Origin: Eledone cirrhosa
Lineage: Eukaryota
Length of the DNA stretch: 64,000 nt
Direction: 5' to 3'
Assembly: GCA_964016885.1 (NCBI GenBank)
Contig: OZ024742.1
Coordinates: 197,284,001-197,348,000 of the forward strand
The position numbers and the translations under genes were made by a program. Of this stretch, positions 28,665-41,131 are shown piece by piece. Under the pieces are notes generated by a model. It was not told the origin of the DNA. It searched no databases and was given only the letters and a program-made list of their open reading frames with translations. The number at the start of each line of letters is the position of its first letter. Positions within the stretch are counted from its first letter, which is position 1.

Positions 28665-28990
28665 ATTTAAGTATCGTAAGAGAGAAGAAGAGGAGGTTTA
28701 AATGGATAAGCGATACATATTTGCCAATAGCGATACATAGTTGCCAAAAGGTTGTGCATTTGTGCTCAATACTTGTGCCTACAGAGTTAAATATTGGAAG
28801 TGTTAATAACAACGTGTAAGTTTGAACTAAGAATGAAATTTGATGTATGCATCACTTTAAAACCCCTTCTGGATCCTGTACTGAACACTCTGTAGTTTTC
28901 TATGCCCTTGAGAAGCCCTTTTCGGGCGAAACCTACGTAAGTGCTTTTATATAAACATGTTCTGACAGTATATATTCTCCTTTGTAATCC
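28660..28990 (+). mobile_element. Solo pLTR-like unit related to the PLE termini
   Basis: 28700-28820 resembles 18087-18210; 28830-28965 resembles 22665-22815, including the hammerhead. Confidence 0.65.
28904..28944 (+). ncRNA. U3-A8 hammerhead ribozyme (PLE family paralog)
   Basis: GCCC-TTGAGAA-GCCC-TTTTC-GGGC-GAAA-CCTACG-TA-AGTGC. Confidence 0.65.
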
Positions 28991-29151
28991 TTTCATTTGT
29001 ATATGTATATATATTAGAAAGTGAGGTTTTTTTTACAAAATGAAAAATAACCGAGGTGTCCTACACGAGTGAAAGTATAAAGAAAAAAAGATGAAATCGA
29101 AAATGCAACTGGAATCTTATTTAAAAAAAATATATATATATTTATTTGGTT

Positions 29152-29189
29152 CCTTTACCGGTTTCGCAGTTCTTCTGCTTTTCAAAAGG
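29152..29189 (-). ncRNA. Intact minimal U3-A8 hammerhead ribozyme
   Basis: Reverse complement: CCTT-TTGAAAA-GCAG-AAGAA-CTGC-GAAA-CCGG-TA-AAGG; all stems Watson-Crick, palindromic stem III ACCGGT; AATAAA follows. Confidence 0.78.
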
Positions 29190-29715
29190 TGAGTTGAGAT
29201 GGAGGGTCTGTGGTTTTTCTCACATCTGGTTGGTCTCTGAATGTTACTTGTTTTATATGGAAAAAGTGGCTCGAAATGCCAGGTTTTTCAAGAAGTAATT
29301 TGATTGGTTGGTCAATAATTATAATAAATTTCGCACCAGTTCGCGTTACAAAGTTCTTCAAACAAGGGGGGGGGGCAGAGGTTGTTTTTTCATATGAGTG
29401 TTTGAATTTCTTTTTACTTAAAAAAAAAGGGGCGGGGGGCTCACAAAGGCTTTTTTAATAAACGTAATTTGATTGGTTATAAATGGAATTATGGCTGTCA
29501 CGTGAACAAGTTTTCATTAAATTTTCGCGCCCTTATTTGGAAACCCATTCTGTAGCCTTTTTAGAGAATTTTATGACAAGTAAAAGATAATGGTCAAGAG
29601 AAATGGGATGGGAGAATTGTTCTGGTTCATTGAATATGGTTAGTTCGCTGGGGTGTCAGAATTCAGATTTTCTATTGAATAAAGAAAGTAAAGATATGTA
29701 TGTTTATTTGTGTGC

Positions 29716-29764
<49 letters not shown>

Positions 29765-29870
29765 AATTTCTTTTTACTTAAAAAAAATATATATATATAT
29801 GTGTGTGTGTGTGGGTGTGTAAACATGTCTCATTTTTGTATTTTTTCGCACATTGAAAAAAAAACTGTAT

Positions 29871-29915
29871 AACTTGACCCGTGTTTCGGTGCATGTTGGG
29901 ATTCATCAGATGCTA
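29871..29915 (-). ncRNA. Degenerate hammerhead-like motif
   Basis: Reverse complement: GCAT-CTGATGA-...-CGAAAC-ACGG-GTC; stems I and II are poor. Confidence 0.35.
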
Positions 29916-30657
29916 TCTACATCCCTCACAAACCACGGAGGAATATGTCACGATAGGCTTTATATATCCAACAAATGTGATCTAAACACAGAAGTACATT
30001 TGGAATTTGTATTATATTAGTCCTTACGGTGGTCTGGTCCTGTCTCTTCCCACCCTAATTACTGAGGTTGTACTGTGTTACACGTTATCACTAGCACTCG
30101 AGAGCGACCTGACATGTTTACAGTGGTAGTTAATTCAATTATATATAACATTTTACACTATGCACCTTTAGTATATTTTCAAATCTACAAAGAAATACGT
30201 GAACAAAACAGGTTTACATGTTTACATAAAATGTGTGTGTTTACATACACATTTCTCACAGATTCAGTTAAACCCGATACTGTTTGTATACAGATATAAA
30301 TTTATAATATACTTCAGCTGTTTAGTGCACAACTTAATATATAACCTGTAATTTTAAATAACTTTAGAAACGTTATTTCCGGTTCATAAAACTATTAAAT
30401 AATTGCTAGAAAACGACTCTATTAATTGACACGGAATTCTCTGGACTGATAACATTGCTTTCAGCTGCCAAATAAGAACTTTTCAGATTTTTATCTACGA
30501 ATTTATAAATTCTGACAAATTACTAATTACACTGGTTGACAGAAGTTGATTCAATTCCTGAGACGGCAAAAAATTAAATATTTTAAATTCTTCATTAAAT
30601 TTGCTAAATATTTCTTTTCATTTTGCGAAGGACTATTTCATTTTATTTATCTCAATT

Positions 30658-30813
30658 ATATGAACTCAATTTGACGCTGAAACCAATCAGTTCGATAAAA
30701 TTCATAATACCATATCCAAAATACAGATAAATATATATATTTATCTGTATTTTGGATATGGTATTATGAATTTTATCGAACTGATTGGTTTCAGCGTCAA
30801 ATTGAGTTCATAT
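30658..30813. repeat. 156-bp perfect palindrome centred on (AT)5
   Basis: Exact reverse complement about 30735/30736. Confidence 0.93.
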
Positions 30814-30859
30814 CCTATTGAGTTTAGCCTTAGCCTTTCGGAGGTTCCTCCGAAAGGTC

Positions 30860-31194
30860 TTTGGAGTAATGTTACTCGAGAGAGTGCATAATTCGGAGAT
30901 TAGAGAGTTACTCCAGGTAGAGCCGCTACTTCTCCGAATTATACTACGGGCATGTAGTTAGAATGTCTCAGAAAAGAATCGTTGTACAGATTTTACGAGC
31001 AAAACCAACCGGGGAGCGACCCAAGGGTAGACATCGAGCAAGATGGTTGGATAACATCCATGAGCTTGGCTGGTCACACTTGGGGATCCAGTCGGATCAG
31101 TTGGAGACAGTTGCTTCTGACAGGAGCCGCTGGAAGGAGTGTTTGAGGACTCTGCTCCCACGACCCTCTCAGGAATAAGTGAGCGAAGAAGAAG
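30860..31194 (+). mobile_element. 3' end of RTE-clade LINE
   Basis: GHVVRMSQKRIVVQILRAKPTGERPKGRHRARWLDNI...DRSRWK; (GAA)n tail; short hairpin at 5' junction (30835-30857). Confidence 0.85.
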
Positions 31195-31284
31195 TATATT
31201 GACCAGCAGGAACTTATATCAAACTCTTCTATGAAAAAAATCTAAACTCAAATCTATAAAGTTTAATGTTCACTAACAGTAATT

Positions 31285-31620
31285 CCGTCCAACAAGCAGA
31301 TTTCTAGGTAGTTCCTCAACCTTTTAGGAATTGCAGCTTAATTTCCTTAAATCACATTCTATTATTTATTTATATAAAATGGAATGGAATGTAAGATAAT
31401 GTAGTCCTAAAATCCAGGCTGATCACGGCTAGAATGTTTTTGATCATCGACGTGTTTAATCTGAGTTGATCTGGGGCTCAACAACAACGATAACAATGAC
31501 AATAACAATAACAATAACAATAACAATGACAACAACAACAATAAAAATAACAATAATAACAACAATAATAACAACATTGATAACAACAACATTAACAATA
31601 ACAATAACAACAATAACAGT
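31285..31620 (+). mobile_element. (AAC)n-tailed retroposon copy with expanded AAC/AAT tail
   Basis: ...GAATGTTTTTGATCAT...GTTGATCTGGGGCTC followed by AACAACAAC... Confidence 0.6.
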
Positions 31621-31717
31621 AATGGATAAACAGTGTTAATCTCTGATCGAGACTAAGCGAGATATATTTGAATACATAGAAAATGGAAAAACTCATCACT
31701 AGAAGAGCTGTTAAAAC

Positions 31718-31718
31718 A

Positions 31719-31752
<34 letters not shown>

Positions 31753-31768
31753 AACAACAACAACAACA

Positions 31769-31804
<36 letters not shown>
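31718..31804. repeat. Compound (CAG)(CAA)(GAC) trinucleotide repeat
   Basis: Direct reading. Confidence 0.9.
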
Positions 31805-31806
<2 letters not shown>

Positions 31807-32021
31807 GGCAACTATATTAGGCATTTTCTTACATTGATTAAAATATCAGATTGAAAATCTGATTGTTGGTCTTTTATGTCGTTCCCCAATAAGGTGAGCA
31901 AGACGAAATGTTTACTGCCAACATCGAAAACATGTCAGGGAAAGCAAGCATCAAATATTCACACACTTACAGCTCGATCAGAAACACGTCTTGCTTGCTA
32001 ATGGAAAATAAAGAATACTAA

Positions 32022-32170
32022 TGGGGTCTGATTTAGGGCACAAGGCTAATAATTTGGGGCAGAAAGGGGAAAATCGATGATACCGATCCTGGGATTTAAC
32101 TGTTACTTTATTTATTGACTCCGGTACGATGAAAGACAAAGTTCACCTCAGTAGGAACTAAACTCAGAAA
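32022..32170 (-). mobile_element. Diverged Nin/Deu-core SINE
   Basis: GGCACAAGGCTAATAATTTGGGG...GATGAAAGACAAAGTTCACCTC...AACTCAGAA. Confidence 0.65.
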
Positions 32171-32186
32171 ATAAAATCACAAGAAA

Positions 32187-32590
32187 AACAGACACACTAA
32201 GGTTTCAACAGACACACTAAGGTTTCAACAGACACACTAAGGTTTCAACAGACACACTAAGGTTTCAACAGACACACTAAGGTTTCAACAGACACACTAA
32301 GGTTTCAACAGACACACTAAGGTTTCAACAGACACACTAAGGTTTCAACAGACACACTAAGGTTTCAACAGACACACTAAGGTTTCAACAGACACACTAA
32401 GGTTTCAACAGACACACTAAGGTTTCAACAGACACACTAAGGTTTCAACAGACACACTAAGGTTTCAACAGACACACTAAGGTTTCAACAGACACACTAA
32501 GGTTTCAACAGACACACTAAGGTTTCAACAGACACACTAAGGTTTCAACAGACACACTAAGGTTTCAACAGACACACTAAGGTTTCAACA
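32187..32590. repeat. Perfect 20-bp tandem repeat AACAGACACACTAAGGTTTC (~20 copies)
   Basis: Direct reading; identical units, no spacers. Confidence 0.97.
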
Positions 32591-32637
32591 TAAAATTCAA
32601 ATAGGAGAAATCAAAAATTATTGAAACTCTAATAGTA

Positions 32638-33137
32638 ATGGTTTCTAATTTAGTCACATGGCCAACGATTAAATCGACCCCAGTACGTTACTGGTACTTT
32701 ATTTTATCGACTCCGTAAGAATGAAAGGCAAAACTAATCTCATCGGAATTTGAACTCAGAACGTAAAGGGACATAAATATGCCGTGAAGCTTCGTGTCCG
32801 ACCCTCTATCGATACAGCCAATCCACCGCCCTCTGATAATAATGATAATTACAATGATGATTTATTTATGAACCACAAGAGTTGACATAAGATCGACGAC
32901 GGCACAGGACGATGCAGTGTGGGTTTACATAAAAAAGTGATAGAGAGGAATTGAAAATGTGATATAGAGGAAGAATCGACCCCACTACTGGACTGGTACT
33001 TTTTTTTATCGACCTAGAAAGGATGAAAGGCAAAGTTGACATCAACGGGATTAGAACCCAGAGAGTACAAAGAGCTGAAACGAATACAACAAAGCATTCT
33101 ATCTGACGTTGTAATGACTCTGCCTATTCACCGCCTT
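32638..33137 (-). mobile_element. Two SINE copies (32638-32831 short-tail; 32955-33137 long-tail family)
   Basis: TTATCGAC...ATGAAAGGCAAA cores and CCA.T.CACCGCC heads. Confidence 0.8.
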
Positions 33138-33597
33138 ATTTGAGCAGTGCTGACTATGGAAGTAGTATTTTAATGAAATCATATGTTTATAATAGAACAA
33201 AAAAAAAGCAAAACATGAATTTGGTATGTCGTTTAATAAAAAGAAATGTCAGAATTGAAATTACCTGAGAGATTTATAGTCTGTATCAGGAATGGTGTTA
33301 ACTGTTATTTTACTCAACTTTACTTCAAACATGAACTTTCATTACACCTATACTTCTATAAATATCCCTGGTTTATTTTAAGGATTTAAATTAAGGAATT
33401 TATCAGGATGTTTATACCAACCTTGCTACCAAACAGTAACATTTAGTTTTTATGTTAAAATATTTCGATCTATCTGTCAGGAAAAACTAATTTTCTTCAT
33501 CGTATAATATATGATTCACGACAATGTTTAAAATATTTGTTTTATATTAATAGCGGTGTGAGCAATCTTCTTTTTTTTTTATTTTTCTATCTTCGTT

Positions 33598-33903
33598 TTG
33601 TTTTGGACCTTAACTCCCAATGAAGTCGTAGGGACGCCGTCGTTACATACGACGTACCTAGGGGGTTTAAACCTGACGTAGCCCATCCCTCATCAGGTCG
33701 GAATTTCTGAGAGAGAGAGAGAGAGAGATAGAGAGATAGAGAGACAGATAGAGAGTGGAGAGGGGGCAAGAAAAAACCCTGACGGTATCACGTTTTTATT
33801 GACAAAAGGATGAAAGGCACAGTTCATCTCAGAGTGTAGAGAGCCGAAACAAATACCGCAAAACATTCTATCCGACATTCTAATGGCTCCCAATTCACCG
33901 CCT
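33598..33903 (-). mobile_element. Long-tail SINE
   Basis: GTCGTAGGGACGCCG tail, AAAGGATGAAAGGCA core, CCAATTCACCGCC head. Confidence 0.7.
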
Positions 33904-33909
33904 CATACA

Positions 33910-33987
<78 letters not shown>

Positions 33988-34267
33988 GTATTTTGAGAAT
34001 TTGGTTGGTGTAAACTGTACCTAAACTCGATTGTCATGACACACTACATATAGTGGTTTTTAGACACACTGGACCAATGAAACATTTATTAATACTTGGA
34101 ATTAGCCCTACACTATAGCTCATCCGTGTTATTCTTCACCTCTTTATTATATATGATTCCAGTTCCTCAATGAAATAACAACTCAACAAGGAACTGGGCA
34201 TATCAGAGTATTGACAATATTATACACCTCAACAACATATGTACTTGTCTATACCACACTAATTCAA

Positions 34268-34322
34268 ACTGCCTGAAGAGGTCACAGCCAAAGATGGCTG
34301 TCACTGAAATATATATAGCAGT
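34268..34322 (+). ncRNA. Intact type I hammerhead ribozyme with long stem II
   Basis: ACTGC-CTGAAGA-GGTCACAGCCA-AAGA-TGGCTGTCACT-GAAA-TATATA-TA-GCAGT then AATAAA. Confidence 0.8.
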
Positions 34323-34435
34323 AATAAACGAAGCTAAATTTTAATCATTTGACTTTTTATTTAACTTTATTTTATATATATATATATGTATATGTATATA
34401 TGTATGTATTTATATGTATGTATTTATATGTATTT

Positions 34436-34471
<36 letters not shown>

Positions 34472-34679
34472 AATATATATGTATATGTATACATCTATGT
34501 ATGTATATATATATTAAAATAACATTAAAATTTAAGCAAAGAAATGCTGCTTTCACCCTTAACGGGATCTTCTGAGTTTAATAAATATTTGGTCTAGGGT
34601 TCTTATATATTTGATATATATTTATCCTTATCGAGCCCTCTTTGGATTTTAGTCTTCACATTTATTATTATTACTATTA

Positions 34680-34865
34680 TGGTGGATTGGTAGTATCGGT
34701 AGAGGGTCGGACGCCATGCTTTCCAGCATAGTTACGTCCCTTTACGATCTGAGTTCAAATCCCGCCGAGGTTGACTTTGCCTTTCATCCTTACGGGGTCG
34801 ATAAAATAAAGTACCAGTAATGCACTGGGTGATTGCTGGCCTTGTGTCTAAAGTAGAGACAATTA
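34680..34865 (+). mobile_element. Nin/Deu-core SINE
   Basis: Near-identical to 9897-10082. Confidence 0.88.
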
Positions 34866-34894
34866 CTATTATTATTACTAGTATTATTACTATT

Positions 34895-34942
<48 letters not shown>

Positions 34943-35347
34943 GGCGTTTATTCATACACCCATTCATATATGCATACATGTGTATGTATGCCATGAGTCC
35001 TTGTTAATACGAATAAAAATACATGCTTAATATTATACATATAGTGCATATTAGTTGTGTATGCGTATAGATGCATATAGAGAATATGCTAATTTTGTGA
35101 TGTTTATTTAAAAGAAGTTAAGCATGTGTGCAACTGATAAAACACACAAAATATATTGGCCAATGATAACTAACTTTTATAAAACTCGGGACCACACACA
35201 TCTTTCAGGAGAGGGGGGGGGGGACATATTACCTGTTTTCTTTCTAAATACTAACAATTACACAACTCCAATAATTATTGCAACAATTTGTGAAAGAATT
35301 TATGGGTCAAAATAACTTGGAAATAACTATATAAATATATCTAATTA

Positions 35348-35710
35348 GGGCGGTTGATTGGCAGTATTGGTAGAGAGTGCTTTGCGGCATAGAGTTACAG
35401 CCCTTTACGTTCTGAGTTCAAATCACACCGAGTTTAGGGATCGATAAAAGTACCAGTAATACACTGAGGTTGATTTCATCGACTTACTCCTGCAACAAAA
35501 TTGTTGGTTTTGTGCCTAAATCAGAAATTATTATTGTTATTAGGGCGGTGGCTTGGCAGAGTCAATAGAGCGTCGGACAATAGGCTTTGCGGTATAAAGC
35601 TACGTCACTTTTCGTTATGAATACAAATCCCGTTGAGGTTAACTTTGTCTTTCATACTTACGGAGTTGATAAATTAAAGCACCAGTAATGCACTGGGGTC
35701 GATTTAATCT
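35348..35710 (+). mobile_element. Two tandem Nin/Deu-core SINEs
   Basis: GGGCGGT heads at 35348 and 35543. Confidence 0.78.
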
Positions 35711-35734
35711 GTCACCAGCTCATCCCTTTGACAG

Positions 35735-36500
35735 AGCTACAGTATTGGGTCAAGCTATGACCAAGACAGGGCACTTGGTAACTGAAATGTTGGCAAGCGC
35801 TCACAGACCTCTGTCATTCGGGAAATGCAGTTGGTGGAAAATCCATCTTGGTGTTATATAGAGCACAAGACAGGTAGGTAAAAGCAATGACAAGTTTGGA
35901 GAAACTCTGGTCGTCGATGAAAACCAACTGGATAGGAATTTCGGTCCCGGGATTATAGATAATTTCCAGCAACCCCTGGCCTCGCAGTGCTAGTGAGGGT
36001 GGGGTTGTGAATGTGGGCTGGGTCATTGTCAGTCCGAAATAGTCGCAGAACTGCTGTTAGTCGGGCCCGTCCAAGATGTACGCTTGGCAACGAAACCATC
36101 CTGCACTCATTCGTTCAGTATCCGAGGATTAATTATTTGTGGAGTTCTGTCGAACAGCTGCTATTAGCTAAGTCCATTGTGAAGATCGCCTCATTGCCTT
36201 CCTTTGGTCAGGAAGAACACGCAGATTTTATCTGTGTCGTGGTCATACCGAAAGAGGTTGAGGATGGACAAACTTAAAAGGGTTGGCGACAGACACTTTC
36301 CTCTTTAGCAAAACCCTCATAGACCTTTTCACTTGAAATGGAAATATAAGATAAAGAGGGAAGTATTACCTTCCAGTAAATTATTGAAAGGTGGATGAGA
36401 GTGGTAAGCATAGCCCGAGTGAACGGACATGCTCTGAGTATACAGCCGTAGACTAAAAGAGGACAGCTAGGAGATGGCACTTGGCTTAGTGATCAGGTGA
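35735..36500 (+). mobile_element. Old 3' fragment of a Tx1/L1 element related to 53306-59008
   Basis: PRCTLGNETILHSFVQYP and ERWMRVVSIARVNG align to CPRC..EAVAHAFVHCP and ERWVKVARMARVNG of the intact copy. Confidence 0.75.
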
Positions 36501-36703
36501 ACGTATCATTTTTTTTCATGAGTTTCTCTCGGAAGACGCCATATTGTTGGCCATCTTTTTCTTTGTTTTCATTGTTATTCTTATTCATTTAGTTTTGTTC
36601 TCATTATTTTCCTTTTTCTTCTTGTCTGGAAGAAATCAGCAAAGTTCAGTTTAGAACGCCCAGGAAACGCTATATTTCTCTGTGACTTCACCAGGAGTTA
36701 AAG

Positions 36704-36788
<85 letters not shown>

Positions 36789-37024
36789 TATATAGGAAAA
36801 TGGCGTTCACGAACCTTTTGGAGAGCCTTCAAGATTTGCTGAGAAATTAAGAGAAAGGAACCAGGAAACATAGGTTATTTTCAAATCAGAAACTCCATCT
36901 GAATGTTTGCGACACAACAGACTCTGGCAATGACGCTACAGTGTTATTTGAAACATATATGGCTGCTATTTTGGGTTGGTTGAGTGCCAAGGTAGAGGAT
37001 TTCTCGTTGACTTAAGATATTGTG

Positions 37025-37215
37025 CAGTTTTTTTTTTAGCCCTAGGTCATCTTTAGTAAACGAACCTATGATCAAAGAAATGCCACCCCTGATCATTCTG
37101 TCGTGTTTTCAGACAGAGTACTCCGGACTACATTATCCAAAAATAACCGTATATTAAACACAACAGGGTATTATTTCAGGAAGAAGTAGGTGGTATTTCT
37201 AGCAGGTTACACAAC
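37025..37215 (-). mobile_element. (AAC)n-tailed retroposon family copy
   Basis: TTTAGCCCTAGGTCA...ACCTATGATCAAAG...GGACTACATTATC...TATTTCTAGCAGG. Confidence 0.55.
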
Positions 37216-37819
37216 CACAATGACGCCCCCAACCACAACACCAGAAGGTATATGTGCATGGATAAGTGCATGTCTATATGCGTGTGTGTTCATGTGTGTG
37301 TTTGTGTGTGTGTGTTTGTATCTGTGTGTTTGTATGTGTCTGTGTGTGTTTGTGTGTGTTTGTGTTTCTGTGTATGTGTGTATATTTGTGTGTGTGCCTG
37401 TCTGTATGTATATGTTTGTGTGTGTCTGTATATGTGTGTGTGTGTGTGTCTGAATGATTAAACCAAATTTATTCATCCATCTTCAGACAATTTTCAACCT
37501 ATCACAATGTCGTCTGCGTGGTTGAAACATCAACTATTTTCATTCATTACCATAGAATTCAATAAAAACTGGAGGAAGGAATTCAACTTGGATTTGCATT
37601 AATGTTAAACAGTTGTGAGAAACTCGTAAAACTTGATTTGATGAGCTCAGCATTCTTGCAAATTAATCTCTATTGAATCTATCCTATTTTTACATTACAA
37701 TATATTCGTTTTACGTCGGCTTTAGTTTGGATTTTTATGTAGAGAATATTCATATCTGTAATATTCTCATGTCAGTTATTGTATAGTCTTTCTCTTCTTA
37801 CTCACCTGCTCTCATGACA

Positions 37820-37852
<33 letters not shown>

Positions 37853-37899
37853 TGTATGTATGTATGTATGTATGTATGTATGTATGTATGTATGTTATG

Positions 37900-38548
37900 T
37901 CAGGTCACCAGTTGGTGCTACTGGTAACATGTATCCCAGTACAACCTGTCCCATGGTCGGGTCGTTGGCGACTAAACTGGCAACCCCACCAAGGTTTCTT
38001 GGTGAGGAGGGTGACTTTGGACATCCTGCAGGACTAAAAACAAAACCTGTCAAAGGGCAAAGGAGCTCTTAAGAGTCAATGGCCATCCAAAATCACCGGG
38101 AGAGATGACCCCTTAGCCTTTGTCAAGGCAGAATTCTAGGAGAAGGAAAACTCTGATATAACACCTGCAACCCTGATGGTATCCAATGATGTTGACTTGT
38201 TCTTCTTTTTGGTAAATATCATCTTGGTTAAGAGAGTGGGACTGGCTTTGTGCAGTGCCTTTGCTCACTATAAAAGCTTCACGGCACAGGCATTGCTTTA
38301 TATCTGGAGATCTCTCTGCACTTGTCGTCACATGGTACCATGGGCCCAGCACTATGTGTCAATAATTGTCACAAGTGTAGTGTTTGTACCAGAGTTTTCA
38401 AGTCGCTGGCTGGACTAAAAAGTCACACTCGTTCAGCGCATCGGTAGGGGTTCTCCTACATGGATATAAAGTAGTGGCCGTACTCGAAAACGAGTTGGCA
38501 GCCACCATGTATGTATGTATGTATGTATGTATGTATGTATGTATGTAT
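37900..38548 (+). mobile_element. Non-autonomous retroposon ending GCAGCCACCAT-(GTAT)n
   Basis: Homologous copies at 41130-41590 (+) and 51738-52256 (-); flanked by (TATG)n on both sides. Confidence 0.7.
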
Positions 38549-38647
38549 GTATATATATGTGTGTGTGTGTGTGTATGTGTGTGTGTCGTGTGTTTGTGGG
38601 ATGCCTTTGGTTATAGGTCTGCCTCGGGAAGAATTGATCTGGGCCCT

Positions 38648-39134
38648 AAAAACCACCGACACCACCCTTAACATCATGACTACCACCAAAATCATTACCA
38701 CTAACTCCAACAACATCATTAACACCACCAACAACACGAGCATCATCCCCACCAACAACAACGCGTATACAAACGTCCCCAACAATAATAACGCCAATAC
38801 CACGAACACCACTACCACTACCATCACCACCAACAACAACAACACTATTAACATCACCACCAACAACATCACCAAAACTACCACTACCACCATCACCAAC
38901 ACCACCACCAACAACAACGCCAACATCACCAACACCACCAACACAAACAACAACAACACCAGCAACACCAACAACAACACCAACACCACCAACACCACCA
39001 CAGCTAACACCACCACCACCAACACCACCACCGCTAACACCACCACCATCAGCACCACCAACAACACCACCAACACGACCACCACCAACAACACCACCAA
39101 CACCAACACCACAACCAACACCACCACCACCACC

Positions 39135-39165
<31 letters not shown>

Positions 39166-39317
39166 CCAACACCAACAACACCACCAACAACACCACCAAC
39201 ACCACCAACACTACCACCAACACCACCATCAACACCACCACCAACAACACCACCACCACCACCACCAACACCAACACCACCACCAACAACACCACCAACA
39301 ACAACAACACCACCAAC

Positions 39318-39348
<31 letters not shown>

Positions 39349-39419
39349 CCACCACCAACAACACCACCACCACCACCACCAACACCAACACCACCACCAA
39401 CAACAACAACACCACCAAC

Positions 39420-39450
<31 letters not shown>

Positions 39451-39530
39451 CCACCACCAACAACACCACCACCACCACCAACACCAACACCACCACCAAC
39501 AACACCACCAACAACAACAATACCACCAAC

Positions 39531-39561
<31 letters not shown>

Positions 39562-40520
39562 CCACCAACAACAACACCAACACCACCAACACCAACAACA
39601 ACAACAACAACACCAACACCACCAACAATAACACCAACACCACCAATACCACCACCGCTAACACCTCCACGACCACCAACAACACCAGTGGTGGTGGTGG
39701 TGGTGTTAGCGGTGGTTGCGTTAACGGATAAATTTTTCACCACCACCACCAACAACAACAACAACACCACCAACACCACCACCGCTAACACCACCACCAC
39801 CATCACCACCAACACCAACAACACCACCACCAACACCACCAACACTACCAACACCACAGCCACCACTACCCCCCCCCCCCCCCCAACACCACCAACAATA
39901 ACAACACCACCAACAACACCAACACCGACACCAACACTACCACCACCAACACCACCACCACCAATACCACTAACACCAACACCACCAACAACACCAACAA
40001 CACCAACAACACCACCACCGCTAACACCACCAGCAACAACAGCAACAACAACACCACCAACAACACCAACAACACCACCACCGCTAACACCACCACCAAC
40101 AACAGCAACAACAACACCAACGACACCAACAACACCAACACCACCAACAACACCACCACCGCCAACACCACCACCACCACCAGCACCACCAACAATACCA
40201 CCACCAACACCAACACCACCACCACCACCACCACCACCACCAACACCACCACCACCAATACCACCACCATCAATACCACCAACACCAACACCACCAACAA
40301 CACCACCAGCACCACCAACACCACCAACAACACCACCAACAACACCAGCACCACCACCAACACCACCACCACCACCACCACCACCACCACCGCTAACATC
40401 ACCAACAACACCAACAACACCATCACCACCACCACCACCACCACCACCACCACCACCACCAACACCACCACCAACAACACCATCACCAACACCACCACCA
40501 ACAACACCATCACCACCAGC

Positions 40521-40551
<31 letters not shown>

Positions 40552-40620
40552 CCACCACCACCGCCACCACCACCAACAACAACACCAACAACAACACCAA
40601 CAACAACTCCCACAGCAAAC
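38648..40620. repeat. ~2-kb compound (AAC/ACC)n trinucleotide array with short inverted segment at 39688-39720
   Basis: Direct reading; Thr/Asn- and Pro/Thr-rich ORFs follow from the repeat. Confidence 0.92.
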
Positions 40621-40772
40621 ATAATGAAGTTATATCAACAGACGCCGGTAGTTTGATGAATTATTATTTTTACATGGGCTACCATGTTGTGATGAGACTT
40701 AACAGCTACCCACGCAACACTCCAGCTGCTCTGGATTTAAAATGGAAACTTCAGCATATATACATGTATGTG

Positions 40773-40851
<79 letters not shown>

Positions 40852-41100
40852 GTATGTATGTATGTATGTGTTTACATGTATGTGTTTACATATATATATG
40901 TATGTGTTTACATGTATGTGTTTACATGTATGTGGTTACTTACATGTATGTGTTAACATGTATGTGTTTAAATGCGTGTATGTATGTGCTTACATATATG
41001 CATAAACACATATATATATGTATGTGTTTATATGTATGTGGTTACATGTATGTATGTATGTATGTATGTATGTATGTATGTATGTATGTATGTATGTATG

Positions 41101-41129
<29 letters not shown>

Positions 41130-41131
<2 letters not shown>

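Noticed and set aside
32187-32590. CRISPR-like direct repeats
   Set aside because: Units are contiguous with no spacers, there are no cas genes, and the context is eukaryotic
39688-40656. Pro/Thr-rich mucin/extensin-like CDS and the overlapping 400-650 aa ORFs
   Set aside because: All frames are open because of the AAC/ACC repeat; no signal peptide or domain; the array begins at a retroposon end
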